A stretch of DNA of 64,000 nt, taken from NCBI GenBank assembly GCA_963666315.2, contig CAXXHG010000043.1:1-64000 (forward strand), written 5' to 3'. The first letter of the stretch is position 1. Each line of letters begins with the position of its first letter. The notes under the pieces were generated by a model that was given only the letters and a program-made list of their open reading frames with translations, did not search any database and was not told the DNA's origin. The stretch is from Candidatus Binatia bacterium. GTDB taxonomy: Bacteria > Desulfobacterota > Binatia > Bin18. Below are positions 47,905-58,740 of this stretch, in pieces. The position numbers and the translations under genes were made by a program.

Positions 47905-49014
47905 CTAGAACGGCCAAATCCAGTCCAGCAGCCTCTTTCTCTTGGGCGTCTCAAGGCGTTCCGGCGACACGTCTTCGACTTGGCTGTCCAAAACCGAACT
48001 GGTCTCAGTAACCCCAAAGCCGAAATCGTCATCCGGGACTTCAAGGAAGTTTTCCACATGATGGCGAAAGCGCAGGTCTTCTTTAAACCAGCGGGCGTAT
48101 CGATCACGCAGCGCGTCATTATAGAGCTTGTTTTTAATCTCGTCCGAGACCGCCTCCAGCGGCTGTAGCCCTGCAGTGCGCTTATCCTCGATTTTGAGCA
48201 GATGCATCCCGGCATTGGTCCGAAAAGGTTGGCTAATATCCCCGTTCTCTAAAGAAAAGGCAACCAGCTCGATGCCTTCCGACATTTGACCACGTTCAAA
48301 ATAGCCGAGGTCCCCACCGCTGCCTGCGCCCGGCCCAAGCGAGTACTCGTCCGCCAACGTACCGAAATCTTCCCCTGCTAAGGCTCTCTGGCGGACATAG
48401 TGCACAATCTCAGCCGCTTCCTGCGCTTCTGCTTCTCCCGCACCAGGAGACAGGGGCCGGAAAATATGTCGTACTCGAATTTGCGCAGGCTGGGTGTATT
48501 CGTCAATATGTTCATCGTAATAGCGCTGAATATCCTCCGGCGTGACATTCACTCGCGACCCGATTTCTCTGCTCATCAAGAGTGCTTGTTCAACCTCGCC
48601 CCCGACGCGTTCGCGGTAGGCCTCCATGGTCATGCCTTGGTCGACTATCGCGGCTTCAAATTCTTCGTCACTCAGATTGTTCTGGGCCTGGATGCGTGCG
48701 ATATAGCCGTCGATATCAGCCTTCTTGGCTTTCAGGCTCTGCGCTTCAACTTCTTTCTTGATCAACTTCTGCATAATGAGGGCGTCCAGGACCTCTTTAT
48801 CGGACATCCCCGCCGCCCCACCGTCCGGGGCAAGCGGACTTGCCCCTGCCCCTGCCCCCGCCTCTGACTGGTAGCCCTGCATTTCGTGCAATGTAATGGG
48901 CGCTCCATCGACCGTGGCCACAATACGGTTGATCAACTCGGCGTGGCTGGGTGTTGATCCAACACACACGCACAGAGCAAAAGCACACAAGAATATGCCG
49001 TTTCTTTTCATCAT
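47905..49014 (-). CDS. surA: SurA-family periplasmic chaperone/PPIase
   Basis: Signal peptide, INRIVATVDG..IT, parvulin domain (HIF...F..LA..YS...GGDLGY); located between mfd and pdxA. Confidence 0.82.
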   Translation of the reverse strand: MMKRNGIFLCAFALCVCVGSTPSHAELINRIVATVDGAPITLHEMQGYQSEAGAGAGASPLAPDGGAAGMSDKEVLDALIMQKLIKKEVEAQSLKAKKADIDGYIARIQAQNNLSDEEFEAAIVDQGMTMEAYRERVGGEVEQALLMSREIGSRVNVTPEDIQRYYDEHIDEYTQPAQIRVRHIFRPLSPGAGEAEAQEAAEIVHYVRQRALAGEDFGTLADEYSLGPGAGSGGDLGYFERGQMSEGIELVAFSLENGDISQPFRTNAGMHLLKIEDKRTAGLQPLEAVSDEIKNKLYNDALRDRYARWFKEDLRFRHHVENFLEVPDDDFGFGVTETSSVLDSQVEDVSPERLETPKRKRLLDWIWPF

Positions 49015-49025
49015 ACTTCTCCGGG

Positions 49026-52000
49026 CTAACACGATTCGCTCAGGTCCCGCAAGAGAGTTTTCACGGCTTCCATGACCTCTTCTTCCGGCTCAAGAGAAAA
49101 GGTCAAACGAAAGTCCGGGCTGATCTGCGCCCCGCGGCTGTTTTTCCGCCCCCGGCTATTTTTCTGAATGAACGCCACCAGCCGCTCGCCCTTGATAGGT
49201 GAGTCGGTGTGAAAATGGAGAGTGACTTTATCGGCTTTTCGATACACTGCTGCGACCAGGTATTGACGCAGTACACGGCGCAGATCCATAACCTCAATAA
49301 AACGCACAACCAGCTCCGGCAACGTCCCAAAACGGTCTTCCATCTCATAGGCGAGATCTTCAAGATCGCTCTGCTCCTTAATGTTAGCTAATTTTTTATA
49401 AAAGACCAGGCGCTGGTTTACATCCGGAATATAGGCCTCGGGCAGATAGGCAGGCAGACCAATATGAATTTCCGGCTCAATAGAAATTTCAATCTCGCCG
49501 CCCCGCAGCTCACGCACGGTTTCTTCTAACATCTGGGCATAGAGTTCATATCCTACTGCGGCAACGCGTCCAGACTGCTCTTTGCCTAATAAATTGCCCG
49601 CCCCACGGATCTCCAAATCATGCGCTGCCAAACGAAACCCACCCCCAAGATCATCCAGTTCCTGCAAGACTTCTAAACGACGTTGGGCATCGCGTGTGAG
49701 GAGGTGCTCACCAGGTATGAGCAGATAGGCAACCGCACGGACGGCCGAGCGCCCAACCCGGCCACGAAGTTGATACAACTGGGCCAGCCCGAAATGATCC
49801 GCCCGGTTGATAATAATCGTATTCGCGGTTGGGATATCGAGTCCGGATTCAATGATCGCCGAGCAGAGCAAAACGTTGACGCGGTGGTGCATGAAATCGA
49901 GCATCACCTGTTCGAGTTGACGCTCAGCCATCTGACCATGTGCAATAGCCAAGAGAGCCTCAGGCACCAGCTCACGGAGTTGAACAGCCATCTTTTCAAT
50001 CGTCTCTACCCGATTGTGGACAAAGAAGATCTGCCCACCACGGGCGAGTTCTTGCAAAATCGCCGACCGAATAAGATCGTCGTCAAACCGCGCAACATAG
50101 GTGCGGATCGCCTGCCGATCCACCGGCGGTGTTTCGATGATACTGAGATCCCGCAGCCCCATCAGGCCCATATTAAGCGAGCGGGGAATGGGTGTGGCCG
50201 ACAGGGTGAGGACGTCCACAAGATGGCGTAGCTTTTTGATTTTCTCCTTGTGGGTCACGCCGAACCGATGTTCTTCGTCAACCACAACAAGGCCAAGCTC
50301 TTTGAACACAATATCGCGTTGCAAGAGACGATGGGTACCAATGACAATGTCCACCACGCCCGACGCCAGCCCCTGGACGACAGTTTTGACCTCTTGCGGC
50401 GAACGGAATCGATTGAGCAATTCAATCCGTATAGGATAGTCATCAAAACGCCGCGCAAAGGTCTCGGCGTGCTGCTGAGCCAAAATCGTGGTCGGCACCA
50501 GCACGGCAACTTGTTTTCCACCTTCAACGGCAAGATAGGCCGCCCGCAGAGCGACTTCAGTTTTGCCATAGCCCACATCACCACACACCAACCGGTCCAT
50601 CGGCTTAGAACTTTGCAGATCAGACAAGACATCTTCAATGGCCGCTCGCTGTCCGCTGGTCTCTTCAAACGGAAACTGGGCAACAAACTCCTCGTAGTCG
50701 CTCGTCACAGTGGCAAGAGCCGGCCGTTCAGCGCTTTCCCGGACTGCATGGATTTCGAGCAGCTCACGCGCCATGGCCTGAATCGCTTCGCGCGTCTTCC
50801 GTTTGACCCGTTCCCACACTTGTCCGCCCAAACGATCAAGCACTGGGGTTTTGTCGCCCGCACCAGCGTATTTCTGCACCAGATTAATGCGCTCAACCGG
50901 CAAATACAGCTTGTCAGCGCCGGCATATTCGAGCTGCAGATAATCCCCTTCCGTATCGGCTACACGCAAGTGCTGTAGTCCGTTGTAGCATCCAATGCCA
51001 TGATCGGTATGAACCACATAATCGCCTGGCGTGAGTTGACTCAGGCCGGTCAAATAGTCTGCGACCGGACGCGGACGGGAGCGACGCCGATGGCGACGCT
51101 CGCCAAAGATTTCCTCTTCGGCCAGGAAGATATAACCATCAGCCGGCAGGCCAAAACCCTGAGACAGGTGCCCGACCAGGATCGCCGCTCCAGCTCCGTG
51201 CCCATCGTGCTCACCCTGCCACCCGGGATGCTCTTCAATGGGGAGCTTCAGCTCATAGCCGAGCAATAAGTGCTGGAGGTGGGCGGCCTGGCGGTGGCTG
51301 GAAACAGTCAGGTAAACACGCAGCTGCTCGTCTTGCCAGCGCCGAATCTGTCCAACCAACGGGGCGAGACTTTTTTCTGCTCCAGCAGTGTGTATGACCG
51401 CTTTCAAGCCGGTGAGCAAAGTCGATGTGATCGTATAATCGGCGTCACCGGTTTCTAAACTCTGCAGCTCTACGGACACGAACGCAGTCCGCCAACCCAA
51501 CGCGTCTTCCACAGACAGATAGCACTGCTCGGGAGCAGGAATAAAGCGGCCCGCCTCAAGTGCAGTATGCGCACTCGCGACGACCTGATCCCAAAAGGTC
51601 ACACACACCGTTGCCTGCTGTGCTGGGTCGATAACCCACACCACAGCTCCACGCGGCATATATTCGCTCACCTGCTCAAGGTCGGGATACAGGTAAGGGA
51701 GGAAGAATTCGACACCCGGAAAGGAGAGACCACTCTTGAGATTTTCAATAATGCGCTGCTGCTCGCGGTGCGCGATTTCTCTCTCATCCAACGCTTCTTC
51801 AATGGTTCGCCGTGCGGCTTGCAGGCGGGCTACTGAAAAGAAGCGCATGGGCAAGATCATCATTTCGTCAACGGAATCGATAGAACGCTGCGAGACGGGA
51901 TCAAAAGACCGCATTGTTTCAATGGTGTCGCCGACAAATTCGATACGAAGCGGATGCTGGGCGAGTGGGGGGAAGAGATCCACAATCCCGCCGCGTACGC

Positions 52001-52565
52001 TGATCTCACCTTTCTCTTCAACCAGCGGGACACGTCGGTACCCCCATTGGATACAATATTCCACGAGTTCAGACAGCGGAAAATCGTCCGCCATACGCAG
52101 GCGTAATGTCGCCGTCATGAACTCTTCTTGCGGCAAGATCCGTTGTAGCAATGCTTCAGCCGAGGTCACGAGAATAGGCGTTTCGACTGCAAGCAAATCG
52201 TACAGCCCCTCTATCTGTGCCGCTAAGACTTCATGACTCGGGGAGAGGCCTTCCGCAACTGACACATCCCAAGCGGGGTAATAGCGGACGCGTGGGGAGC
52301 GGATCCGCTCCCCACGTTCCAGAAAGAAGCGGAGATCCTCCGCAAAGGTTTCGGCATCGTTGTCTGTCGGGAGTAGACACAGCGTAGGTCGAGGCGCGTG
52401 GTCGAGGCTACGTGCAATAAAAAAGGCACGCGCAGCCCCCTTAAGTCCGGCTAGTCGGATGACATTCTGAGCAGGCTGAGCAGGTTCGGAACGAAGGAAA
52501 CGGGCCGTAGACTCAAGCGTGTCTGCCAGCGACAGGAGATTGGTCGAAGCCTGCACCTCATTCAT
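49026..52565 (-). CDS. mfd: Transcription-repair coupling factor
   Basis: RGGIVD.FP, CarD-like VVH.DHGIG, CGDVGYGKTEVA, DEEHRFGV, QLYQLRGRVGRS, DLEIRGAGNLLG. Confidence 0.98.
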   Translation of the reverse strand: MNEVQASTNLLSLADTLESTARFLRSEPAQPAQNVIRLAGLKGAARAFFIARSLDHAPRPTLCLLPTDNDAETFAEDLRFFLERGERIRSPRVRYYPAWDVSVAEGLSPSHEVLAAQIEGLYDLLAVETPILVTSAEALLQRILPQEEFMTATLRLRMADDFPLSELVEYCIQWGYRRVPLVEEKGEISVRGGIVDLFPPLAQHPLRIEFVGDTIETMRSFDPVSQRSIDSVDEMMILPMRFFSVARLQAARRTIEEALDEREIAHREQQRIIENLKSGLSFPGVEFFLPYLYPDLEQVSEYMPRGAVVWVIDPAQQATVCVTFWDQVVASAHTALEAGRFIPAPEQCYLSVEDALGWRTAFVSVELQSLETGDADYTITSTLLTGLKAVIHTAGAEKSLAPLVGQIRRWQDEQLRVYLTVSSHRQAAHLQHLLLGYELKLPIEEHPGWQGEHDGHGAGAAILVGHLSQGFGLPADGYIFLAEEEIFGERRHRRRSRPRPVADYLTGLSQLTPGDYVVHTDHGIGCYNGLQHLRVADTEGDYLQLEYAGADKLYLPVERINLVQKYAGAGDKTPVLDRLGGQVWERVKRKTREAIQAMARELLEIHAVRESAERPALATVTSDYEEFVAQFPFEETSGQRAAIEDVLSDLQSSKPMDRLVCGDVGYGKTEVALRAAYLAVEGGKQVAVLVPTTILAQQHAETFARRFDDYPIRIELLNRFRSPQEVKTVVQGLASGVVDIVIGTHRLLQRDIVFKELGLVVVDEEHRFGVTHKEKIKKLRHLVDVLTLSATPIPRSLNMGLMGLRDLSIIETPPVDRQAIRTYVARFDDDLIRSAILQELARGGQIFFVHNRVETIEKMAVQLRELVPEALLAIAHGQMAERQLEQVMLDFMHHRVNVLLCSAIIESGLDIPTANTIIINRADHFGLAQLYQLRGRVGRSAVRAVAYLLIPGEHLLTRDAQRRLEVLQELDDLGGGFRLAAHDLEIRGAGNLLGKEQSGRVAAVGYELYAQMLEETVRELRGGEIEISIEPEIHIGLPAYLPEAYIPDVNQRLVFYKKLANIKEQSDLEDLAYEMEDRFGTLPELVVRFIEVMDLRRVLRQYLVAAVYRKADKVTLHFHTDSPIKGERLVAFIQKNSRGRKNSRGAQISPDFRLTFSLEPEEEVMEAVKTLLRDLSESC

Positions 52566-52588
52566 ACGCAAGCGTTGACTGGGGAGAC

Positions 52589-53680
52589 TTAGCGGCCGGC
52601 CTGCTGGGAAGCGGAGATCATGCCATACAGAGGGATGCTGAGGTGTTTTTCTTCAGGGTGGTCGGTCAGCACTTCGATCGACCCGCGAATCTTGCCCGGT
52701 GTGCTGTCGGCTTTCACGTGTAGGCTCAGTCGATATTCTTTACCCGGCGTGATCTCGGTAATCTCCGCAACGACGTTATCCAGCGAACTCGTAACCTGCA
52801 AGACGGTGACCGGTTGGGTTGATCGATTCTGAATACGAATATGCTGCGCTTTTCCAACCCCCTGCCGCACCACCCCGAACGAGACCTGCGGCGGCAGGAC
52901 CATCACATCGCCTTCGATACTGCCAAAAACCGGGATCGTAATGGTCGGCTTCTTTTTACTGGTTGTGGTGACCACAATCTGGTCGTTCAAGCGGCCCAGC
53001 TCGGCCGCTTTGGTGACCCTCACACGGAGTCTTTTTCCTTTCTTTCCACCGATCTGCACGTCTTCGATCTGCACCTTAATGGCAGGATGAGTATGGGTGA
53101 TCCCTGTTATTTTGATCGCTTTCTTCTCGTCGTATAGGACGTGCACGGTGTACGTCTCTTCCGTGCCGCTACGTAACCGGCCTACATACAATTGGGCTGG
53201 TTCAACCTCGACCTCAACCGTAACCTCGCCTCGTAAGGTCAGCGTCGTCACCGGGCTCAGCGGATCATTACTATGGACGGTAATGCTTTTGGCCTTCTCG
53301 CCGGAAAACTGGGTGGTATCAAAGGTTGCACGGATGGTCCCTTCCTTGCCGGGCGAAATCACGTCAGCCGAAATCACTGCGGCCGTACATCCACACGACG
53401 TCTTAATGGATACAACCCGCAGATCTCGATTGCCCTGATTGGCAAATCGGAACAGATGGGTCACCTGCTCTCCTTGCTCGGCCTGGCCGAAGTCGAACAC
53501 TGGCTCAGTAAAAACCATTCGTGGTCCAGCATATGCGATGGTATCGGCCCCTGCATCAGCCTGCGCGGCATGCTCCGCGGTGGACTCGGCACGAGCACCC
53601 AGTCCAAACGGACTCGCCGTCCAGACCGTTCCCGTCAGTAGCAGCAGGCTAGCAAGAATTCCAAAACGCCCCACACGCAT
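52589..53680 (-). CDS. DUF1573-like exported Ig-fold repeat protein
   Basis: Signal peptide; FDFG...F.F.N.G...TSCGCTA...V.SNDP, followed by two further beta-sandwich repeats. Confidence 0.8.
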   Translation of the reverse strand: MRVGRFGILASLLLLTGTVWTASPFGLGARAESTAEHAAQADAGADTIAYAGPRMVFTEPVFDFGQAEQGEQVTHLFRFANQGNRDLRVVSIKTSCGCTAAVISADVISPGKEGTIRATFDTTQFSGEKAKSITVHSNDPLSPVTTLTLRGEVTVEVEVEPAQLYVGRLRSGTEETYTVHVLYDEKKAIKITGITHTHPAIKVQIEDVQIGGKKGKRLRVRVTKAAELGRLNDQIVVTTTSKKKPTITIPVFGSIEGDVMVLPPQVSFGVVRQGVGKAQHIRIQNRSTQPVTVLQVTSSLDNVVAEITEITPGKEYRLSLHVKADSTPGKIRGSIEVLTDHPEEKHLSIPLYGMISASQQAGR

Positions 53681-53691
53681 AGTTTGCCTCC

Positions 53692-55080
53692 TCAGGTCTG
53701 TCCGCTCGTACGCTTGGACTGGGGAGTGGCAAGAGCACTTGGTCGGGATAAAAATTTGTCGAGGTAGCTCGTGTGTACCTTGCCTGCCAGAAAGTCCGGA
53801 TCACGCAGTATCCGCTGGTGCAAGGGGATGTTGGTTTTGATCCCGTCAATGCGGTATTCCGACAGAGCCGCTCGCATTCGCTGTACCGCCTCATCACGGG
53901 TCTGACCACTCACAATGACCTTTGCCACTAAGGAATCATAATAAATGGGAACCGTGCTGTTTTCCATCACCCCAGATTCGACCCGTACGCCCATTCCACC
54001 CGGCTGATGATAGGCACGAATCGTCCCCGGCGAGGGCAACATGGTCAGCGGATCTTCGGCAACAACGCGGCATTCTATGGCACACCCGGAAAACACCACA
54101 TCTTTCTGTCGCCAGGGGAGCCGTTCACCAGCTGCCGAACGAATGCCGGCCTGCACCACGTCAATCCCAGTTATCATTTCTGTCACCGGATGTTCGACCT
54201 GGACCCGAGTATTCATTTCAATAAAGTAAAAATGCCGGCGAGGATCAACCAGGAACTCAATCGTGCCGACATTGGTATACCCGACCGCTTGGGCCGCTTT
54301 GACAGCCACCGCGCCCATGCGTTCGCGCAGTCGTTTCGTCAGTGCTTGAGACGGGGCCTCTTCAAGGAGTTTTTGGTAGCGACGCTGGATCGAACACTCC
54401 CGTTCACCAAGATGGATGACGTTGCGGTGTTGGTCGGCAATAATTTGGAACTCGATGTGCCGGGCCCGTTCCAAATATTTCTCGACGTAGAGCGTGCCGT
54501 TACCAAATGCGTTCTCAGCCTCCTCTTGGGCAACCGCAAACAACGCAGCCAGATCGTCACCCTTGTGTACGATGCGTAGCCCTCGACCGCCGCCTCCACC
54601 TGCAGCTTTGATCAGTACCGGGAATCCAATCTGGGCGGCCACGGCCTGGGCCTCTTTGACATCGGTAATTCCGGCAGAGGTACCGGATAAGACTGGTACG
54701 CCTGCGCGCTCCATAATCCGGCGAGCCCGGGGTTTATCCCCCATGAGACGAATATTCCGTACCCGCGGACCGACAAAAACGAGGCCCGAACGCTGACAGG
54801 CTTCGGCAAAGTCCCCGTTTTCAGACAGAAAACCGTAGCCGGGATGAACGGCGTCAGCGCCAAAAGCGAGAGCGGCGCTGACAATCGCCGAAATATTCAA
54901 ATAGCTCTCACTTGGACTCGGTGGTCCGATACAGACGCTCTCATCAGCCAGCTGCACATGCAGGGCCCCGCGATCAGCCGTAGAGTAGACGGCAACTGTG
55001 GCAATCTCCAGGGTACGACAGGCACGGATGATGCGGACCGCAATCTCGCCGCGGTTGGCAATCAAGATTTTCTTAAACAC
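53692..55080 (-). CDS. accC: Acetyl-CoA carboxylase biotin carboxylase
   Basis: KILIANRGEIA, HPGYGFLSEN, GGGGRG, ERECSIQRR, EMNTRVQVEHPVTE. Confidence 0.95.
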   Translation of the reverse strand: MFKKILIANRGEIAVRIIRACRTLEIATVAVYSTADRGALHVQLADESVCIGPPSPSESYLNISAIVSAALAFGADAVHPGYGFLSENGDFAEACQRSGLVFVGPRVRNIRLMGDKPRARRIMERAGVPVLSGTSAGITDVKEAQAVAAQIGFPVLIKAAGGGGGRGLRIVHKGDDLAALFAVAQEEAENAFGNGTLYVEKYLERARHIEFQIIADQHRNVIHLGERECSIQRRYQKLLEEAPSQALTKRLRERMGAVAVKAAQAVGYTNVGTIEFLVDPRRHFYFIEMNTRVQVEHPVTEMITGIDVVQAGIRSAAGERLPWRQKDVVFSGCAIECRVVAEDPLTMLPSPGTIRAYHQPGGMGVRVESGVMENSTVPIYYDSLVAKVIVSGQTRDEAVQRMRAALSEYRIDGIKTNIPLHQRILRDPDFLAGKVHTSYLDKFLSRPSALATPQSKRTSGQT

Positions 55081-55119
55081 GACGGTCTCGTTTCGGGAGA
55101 TCGAGCAGATTGAGCAGGG

Positions 55120-55578
55120 TTAGACTGGCTCGAGCAGAAAGAGCGCTTGACCATACTCGACGGGCTGACCGTTCTCGACCAGAACCCTGCGGACCCGCCC
55201 CTGCAGCTCAGCCTCGATCTCGTTCATCATTTTCATTGCTTCAATGATGCACACCACATCCCCTTTCTCCACCCTACCCCCCACAGCAACGAAGGGGGCA
55301 GCCTCAGGGTTAGACGCAGTGTAGAACGTTCCAACCATGGGCGAGGTAATGGTCAAGTTCGGATCCGTTTCGGTCTGCTCCGGCGCACCCGAATCGGTCG
55401 CTTGTGCGGCAGGCGTTTGGGTACTGCCTGGGTGCGACACAGCAACAGCAGCCGCCTGGGTTATGGCGTGAACGCCACGCACCAGGCGGACTTCACCGGA
55501 GCGATCTTTGAGTTCGAGCTCGATCACCCCTTTTTCTTCCATCAGCTCAATGAGCTTTTTAATCTCGTCAATCTCCAT
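55120..55578 (-). CDS. accB: Biotin carboxyl carrier protein
   Basis: [17 protein letters not shown] biotinylation motif. Confidence 0.95.
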   Translation of the reverse strand: MEIDEIKKLIELMEEKGVIELELKDRSGEVRLVRGVHAITQAAAVAVSHPGSTQTPAAQATDSGAPEQTETDPNLTITSPMVGTFYTASNPEAAPFVAVGGRVEKGDVVCIIEAMKMMNEIEAELQGRVRRVLVENGQPVEYGQALFLLEPV

Positions 55579-55670
55579 AGTCCCTATCTCGTAGCCCCTG
55601 CACGCATATGCAGCGTGGTGGGTTCTTCCGCCCCGCACGCTTTCTTATACACAACGACAGGGATACTCGT

Positions 55671-56129
55671 TTATGTCGCTTTTTTGAGCGTCGCCACGAC
55701 TGCCCGTAAGCCAAGCAGATAGCTGTCGACTCCAAAACCACAAATCTGTCCGACCGCCGCCCGAGCAATATACGAATGATGGCGGAACTCTTCCCGTTTA
55801 TACAGATTCGAGAGATGCACTTCGACAACGGGCAGTCCGACAGACAAAAGCGCGTCGAGCAGTGCCACACTGGTATGCGTATACGCTCCAGCGTTGATCA
55901 CCAGCGCGTCACACTGTTCCCGCGCGGCCTGTATCTTATCAACCAGTTGCCCCTCATGGTTAGACTGAAAGGTCTCGACCTCAACGCCGAGCTCGGCTGC
56001 CACCGTAGCGATCTGGGCATTCACATCCGCCAAGGTAATCGTCCCGTAAATCTCCGGCTCGCGCAGACCTAACATATTGAGGTTAGGACCGTGCAGGACA
56101 AGGATGCGGGTGGGTGCTTTTGCTTCCAT
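55671..56129 (-). CDS. aroQ: Type II 3-dehydroquinate dehydratase
   Basis: [43 protein letters not shown]. Confidence 0.96.
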   Translation of the reverse strand: MEAKAPTRILVLHGPNLNMLGLREPEIYGTITLADVNAQIATVAAELGVEVETFQSNHEGQLVDKIQAAREQCDALVINAGAYTHTSVALLDALLSVGLPVVEVHLSNLYKREEFRHHSYIARAAVGQICGFGVDSYLLGLRAVVATLKKAT

Positions 56130-56224
56130 AGCGACGTTTCTCAAAGAGGGCCGAGTGTAGGGGCAAACACCAATAGCGTCAAGGTGTTAGCACAGGTTGC
56201 GTACGTAGCCCACCGACGGACCCG

Positions 56225-57100
56225 CTAGACTGAGGTGCGCCGCAAAAAATCTCCTAGACGTCCCTCAGCTAAACGAATGTCTTCTTCATGCTTCAGCAAG
56301 AGATTGAGGCTCCGCTTGACGGCCTGCGCATCCAGCTCTTTTACCCCAAGGGCGAGCAGGGCGCGTGCCCAATCCAGGGTTTCTGCAATACTCGGAGCTT
56401 TCTTCACCTCGAGTTTCCGCAAATTGTTCACGAAGCGGGCAACCTGTCTGCGCAAGTTCTCATCCAGATCAGGGACCTTGAGAGCGATAATCTTGGCCTC
56501 CAGCTCAACCCCGGGGAAGTCGATATACAAATGCAGGCAGCGCCGCTTGAGCGCGTCTGAGAGCTCTCTCACCCGGTTGGAGGTAAGAATCACGACCGGG
56601 CGATGCACGGCGCGCACGGTTCCAAGCTCCGGAATACTCACCTGAAAATCGCTCAACAGTTCAAGCAAAAAGGCTTCAAATTCCTCGTCTGCTTTATCTA
56701 CCTCATCTATCAACAACACCACTTTTTGTGGGGCGCTGATCGCTTGCAGTAAAGGCCGCTCAAGCAGATAGTCCCGAGAAAAAATATGTTCCGAGGCGGC
56801 TTCCCAACCAAGAGCCTGGGCAGTATCGGTCTGAATCCGAAGTAGCTGTTTCTGATAATTCCACTCATATAACGCCCGTGCCTCATCAAGCCCTTCATAG
56901 CACTGCAGACGGATCAAATCGGTCTGCAGCAGTTCGGCCAAGACCTTGGCAATCTCGGTCTTGCCGACCCCGGCCGGCCCTTCAACCAGTAGGGGCTTTT
57001 CTAATACCAGCGCAAGATAGACGGCGGTCTCTACTTTCGGAACGGTGAGATACTGACACTGCCTGAGTCCGTCGTGGATAAAGTCGAGAGCAATCTCCAT
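56225..57100 (-). CDS. MoxR-family AAA+ ATPase (CoxD-like)
   Basis: EGPAGVGKT, RLQCYEGLD...ALYEWNY, LLIDEVDKADEEFEAFLLE, LSDALKRRC. Confidence 0.9.
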   Translation of the reverse strand: MEIALDFIHDGLRQCQYLTVPKVETAVYLALVLEKPLLVEGPAGVGKTEIAKVLAELLQTDLIRLQCYEGLDEARALYEWNYQKQLLRIQTDTAQALGWEAASEHIFSRDYLLERPLLQAISAPQKVVLLIDEVDKADEEFEAFLLELLSDFQVSIPELGTVRAVHRPVVILTSNRVRELSDALKRRCLHLYIDFPGVELEAKIIALKVPDLDENLRRQVARFVNNLRKLEVKKAPSIAETLDWARALLALGVKELDAQAVKRSLNLLLKHEEDIRLAEGRLGDFLRRTSV

Positions 57101-57220
57101 ACACGTGATTTTCCGAGCAGGCATGCAAAAGGCAAAAGGAAAGTCTAAGGTGTTGAAGTGTACGGAAAGTTTTCGAAAACGATCAGAGAAGATTTCTCTC
57201 AAGGGTCACAGGATATGTCG

Positions 57221-57958
57221 CTATGATATCTCAATCACCATTCCGTCATGCGCACATTCGATCGACACTTCGTTCAGGCGCTCAAGCACTTCACGGCCGA
57301 TATGACTCAACACCAGCCGCTTGCAGCCCAGGCGGTGCTGCTCCTGGACGATCTTAGGATAGCTCATGTGGAAAGAGGTCTGGGTGTTAAAGTAACAGCA
57401 CTCACACACAAAGAGATCGGTTCCTTGAGAATAGCGGACTAAATCTTCATTCCAGCCACAGTCGCCTGAGTACAAAATCGCGTGGCCTTCAGCTTCTACG
57501 CGATACCCAAGGGAGATATCTTGCTCTTGATGAGGCACCCGGAAAGGAAAGAGCTGGACGCCGTGGACAGTAGCAGCCTGCCCCGGAGTAAGTTCTTGAA
57601 ACTGGATATCAAAACAACACGGCCGTTTCGCCAATTCGCGATACATGGCCTGATGAAGCGCTTGCACCCGCTCTTCGGTGCCTGCCGGCCCGACTATTGT
57701 CAGAGGCCGCGAGCGAGGGTTTTCGTATAGATATTCGAGAAAGAGAAACGGCAGACCGCCAAAGTGGTCCCCGTGCAGATGACTGATCGCGACAAAGTCA
57801 ATCCGTTCAGCGGAGATACCCAGGGATTTCACAGCAAGCAGCGTTGTCGCACCACAATCGAGCAGGAAACAGACCCGAGACGTCTCGACGAAGTAGCCAC
57901 TGTGACGTCGTCCCCCGCTGCAGAACGCATCGCCTGCGCCTAGCACTGTTACCCGCAT
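57221..57958 (-). CDS. Metallo-beta-lactamase-fold hydrolase (RNase Z-like)
   Basis: LGAGDAF.SGGR, LDCG, SHLHGDHFGG, YSGD. Confidence 0.88.
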   Translation of the reverse strand: MRVTVLGAGDAFCSGGRRHSGYFVETSRVCFLLDCGATTLLAVKSLGISAERIDFVAISHLHGDHFGGLPFLFLEYLYENPRSRPLTIVGPAGTEERVQALHQAMYRELAKRPCCFDIQFQELTPGQAATVHGVQLFPFRVPHQEQDISLGYRVEAEGHAILYSGDCGWNEDLVRYSQGTDLFVCECCYFNTQTSFHMSYPKIVQEQHRLGCKRLVLSHIGREVLERLNEVSIECAHDGMVIEIS

Positions 57959-58081
57959 GGGTTGCCTCGTGATACCAAGAACGACTTTACTCCACAGGAA
58001 AAGCGGAGACATTCTCCGCCTGTGCATATTTAGGCCCCGCTCCCCAGTCGTTCCCTTGGTATGAATCTTATCGTGCTTGTT

Positions 58082-58315
58082 TTACTCAAACAAGGGTTCA
58101 TGGGTCCTCCCAGGCTCTAATGACACAAACCAGCCGGCCTGCTGGATTTTGGTTGTATGGATCCGACGCAGCCACGCTACCCGTACCGGTTCCGGCTGAA
58201 CCAGCCAGGACAAGGCGCGCATATCGTTGGATAGACACCGCGGGCACTCAGCATGCGCTCCCCGTTCAAAAATCTCCTGGCACGCGTAGCACAGATACGC
58301 ATTTTCAATTTTCAC
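58082..58315 (-). CDS. Small zinc-ribbon protein
   Basis: GGAGG SD plus GTG 58315; CYAC...CPRC pairs; 77 aa. Confidence 0.55.
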   Translation of the reverse strand: MKIENAYLCYACQEIFERGAHAECPRCLSNDMRALSWLVQPEPVRVAWLRRIHTTKIQQAGWFVSLEPGRTHEPLFE

Positions 58316-58585
58316 CCGGACACCCTCCCTGGACTGTATTCTATCGCCGTAAGGACCAAAAGCGAGCAAACATGAGCAAAACAAGCGCGGTCTCCTCTTC
58401 CCTTTCTTTATCGACCGGGAGGGCAAGATTTATAATTCCGACAGCCAACACGGCACGGGCTGGTCCACCTCCTTTCCTCATGCAGGATGCAGCTGGAACA
58501 ACGAGAGAGACACTTCCTGCTTGGACTTCGAACCCTACTGGAAATACCCCGCAGGTAGTAATATAGTGATCGTCCTTAGTTCATC

Positions 58586-58665
58586 TGTCTGAGGAGCGTT
58601 GCGACGGCCTAAGCATAACCCACCGGCCTGCCAGGCTCAGACACTACGCATCAGAACGGCGCTCG
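58586..58665 (+). ncRNA. SAH riboswitch aptamer
   Basis: P1 TGTCTGAG/CTCAGACA; conserved GAGGAGCGTTGCGAC and GCCAGGCTC; pseudoknot strand AACGGCGCTC (58655-58664); directly upstream of metH. Confidence 0.88.
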
Positions 58666-58689
58666 CTTTCCTGTTTAATAATGTAAACC

Positions 58690-58740
58690 GAAAAGCGAAA
58701 GCGACCACCAAATCGCCACTCATTTCGCTTTTCAGTTTTT
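58690..58740 (+). terminator. Putative attenuator hairpin in metH leader
   Basis: GAAAAGCGAAA (58690-58700) pairs with TTTCGCTTTTC (58723-58733), followed by AGTTTTT. Confidence 0.55.

Noticed and set aside
49683-50978. Long plus-strand ORFs (182 and 242 aa)
   Set aside because: Antisense shadows of mfd.
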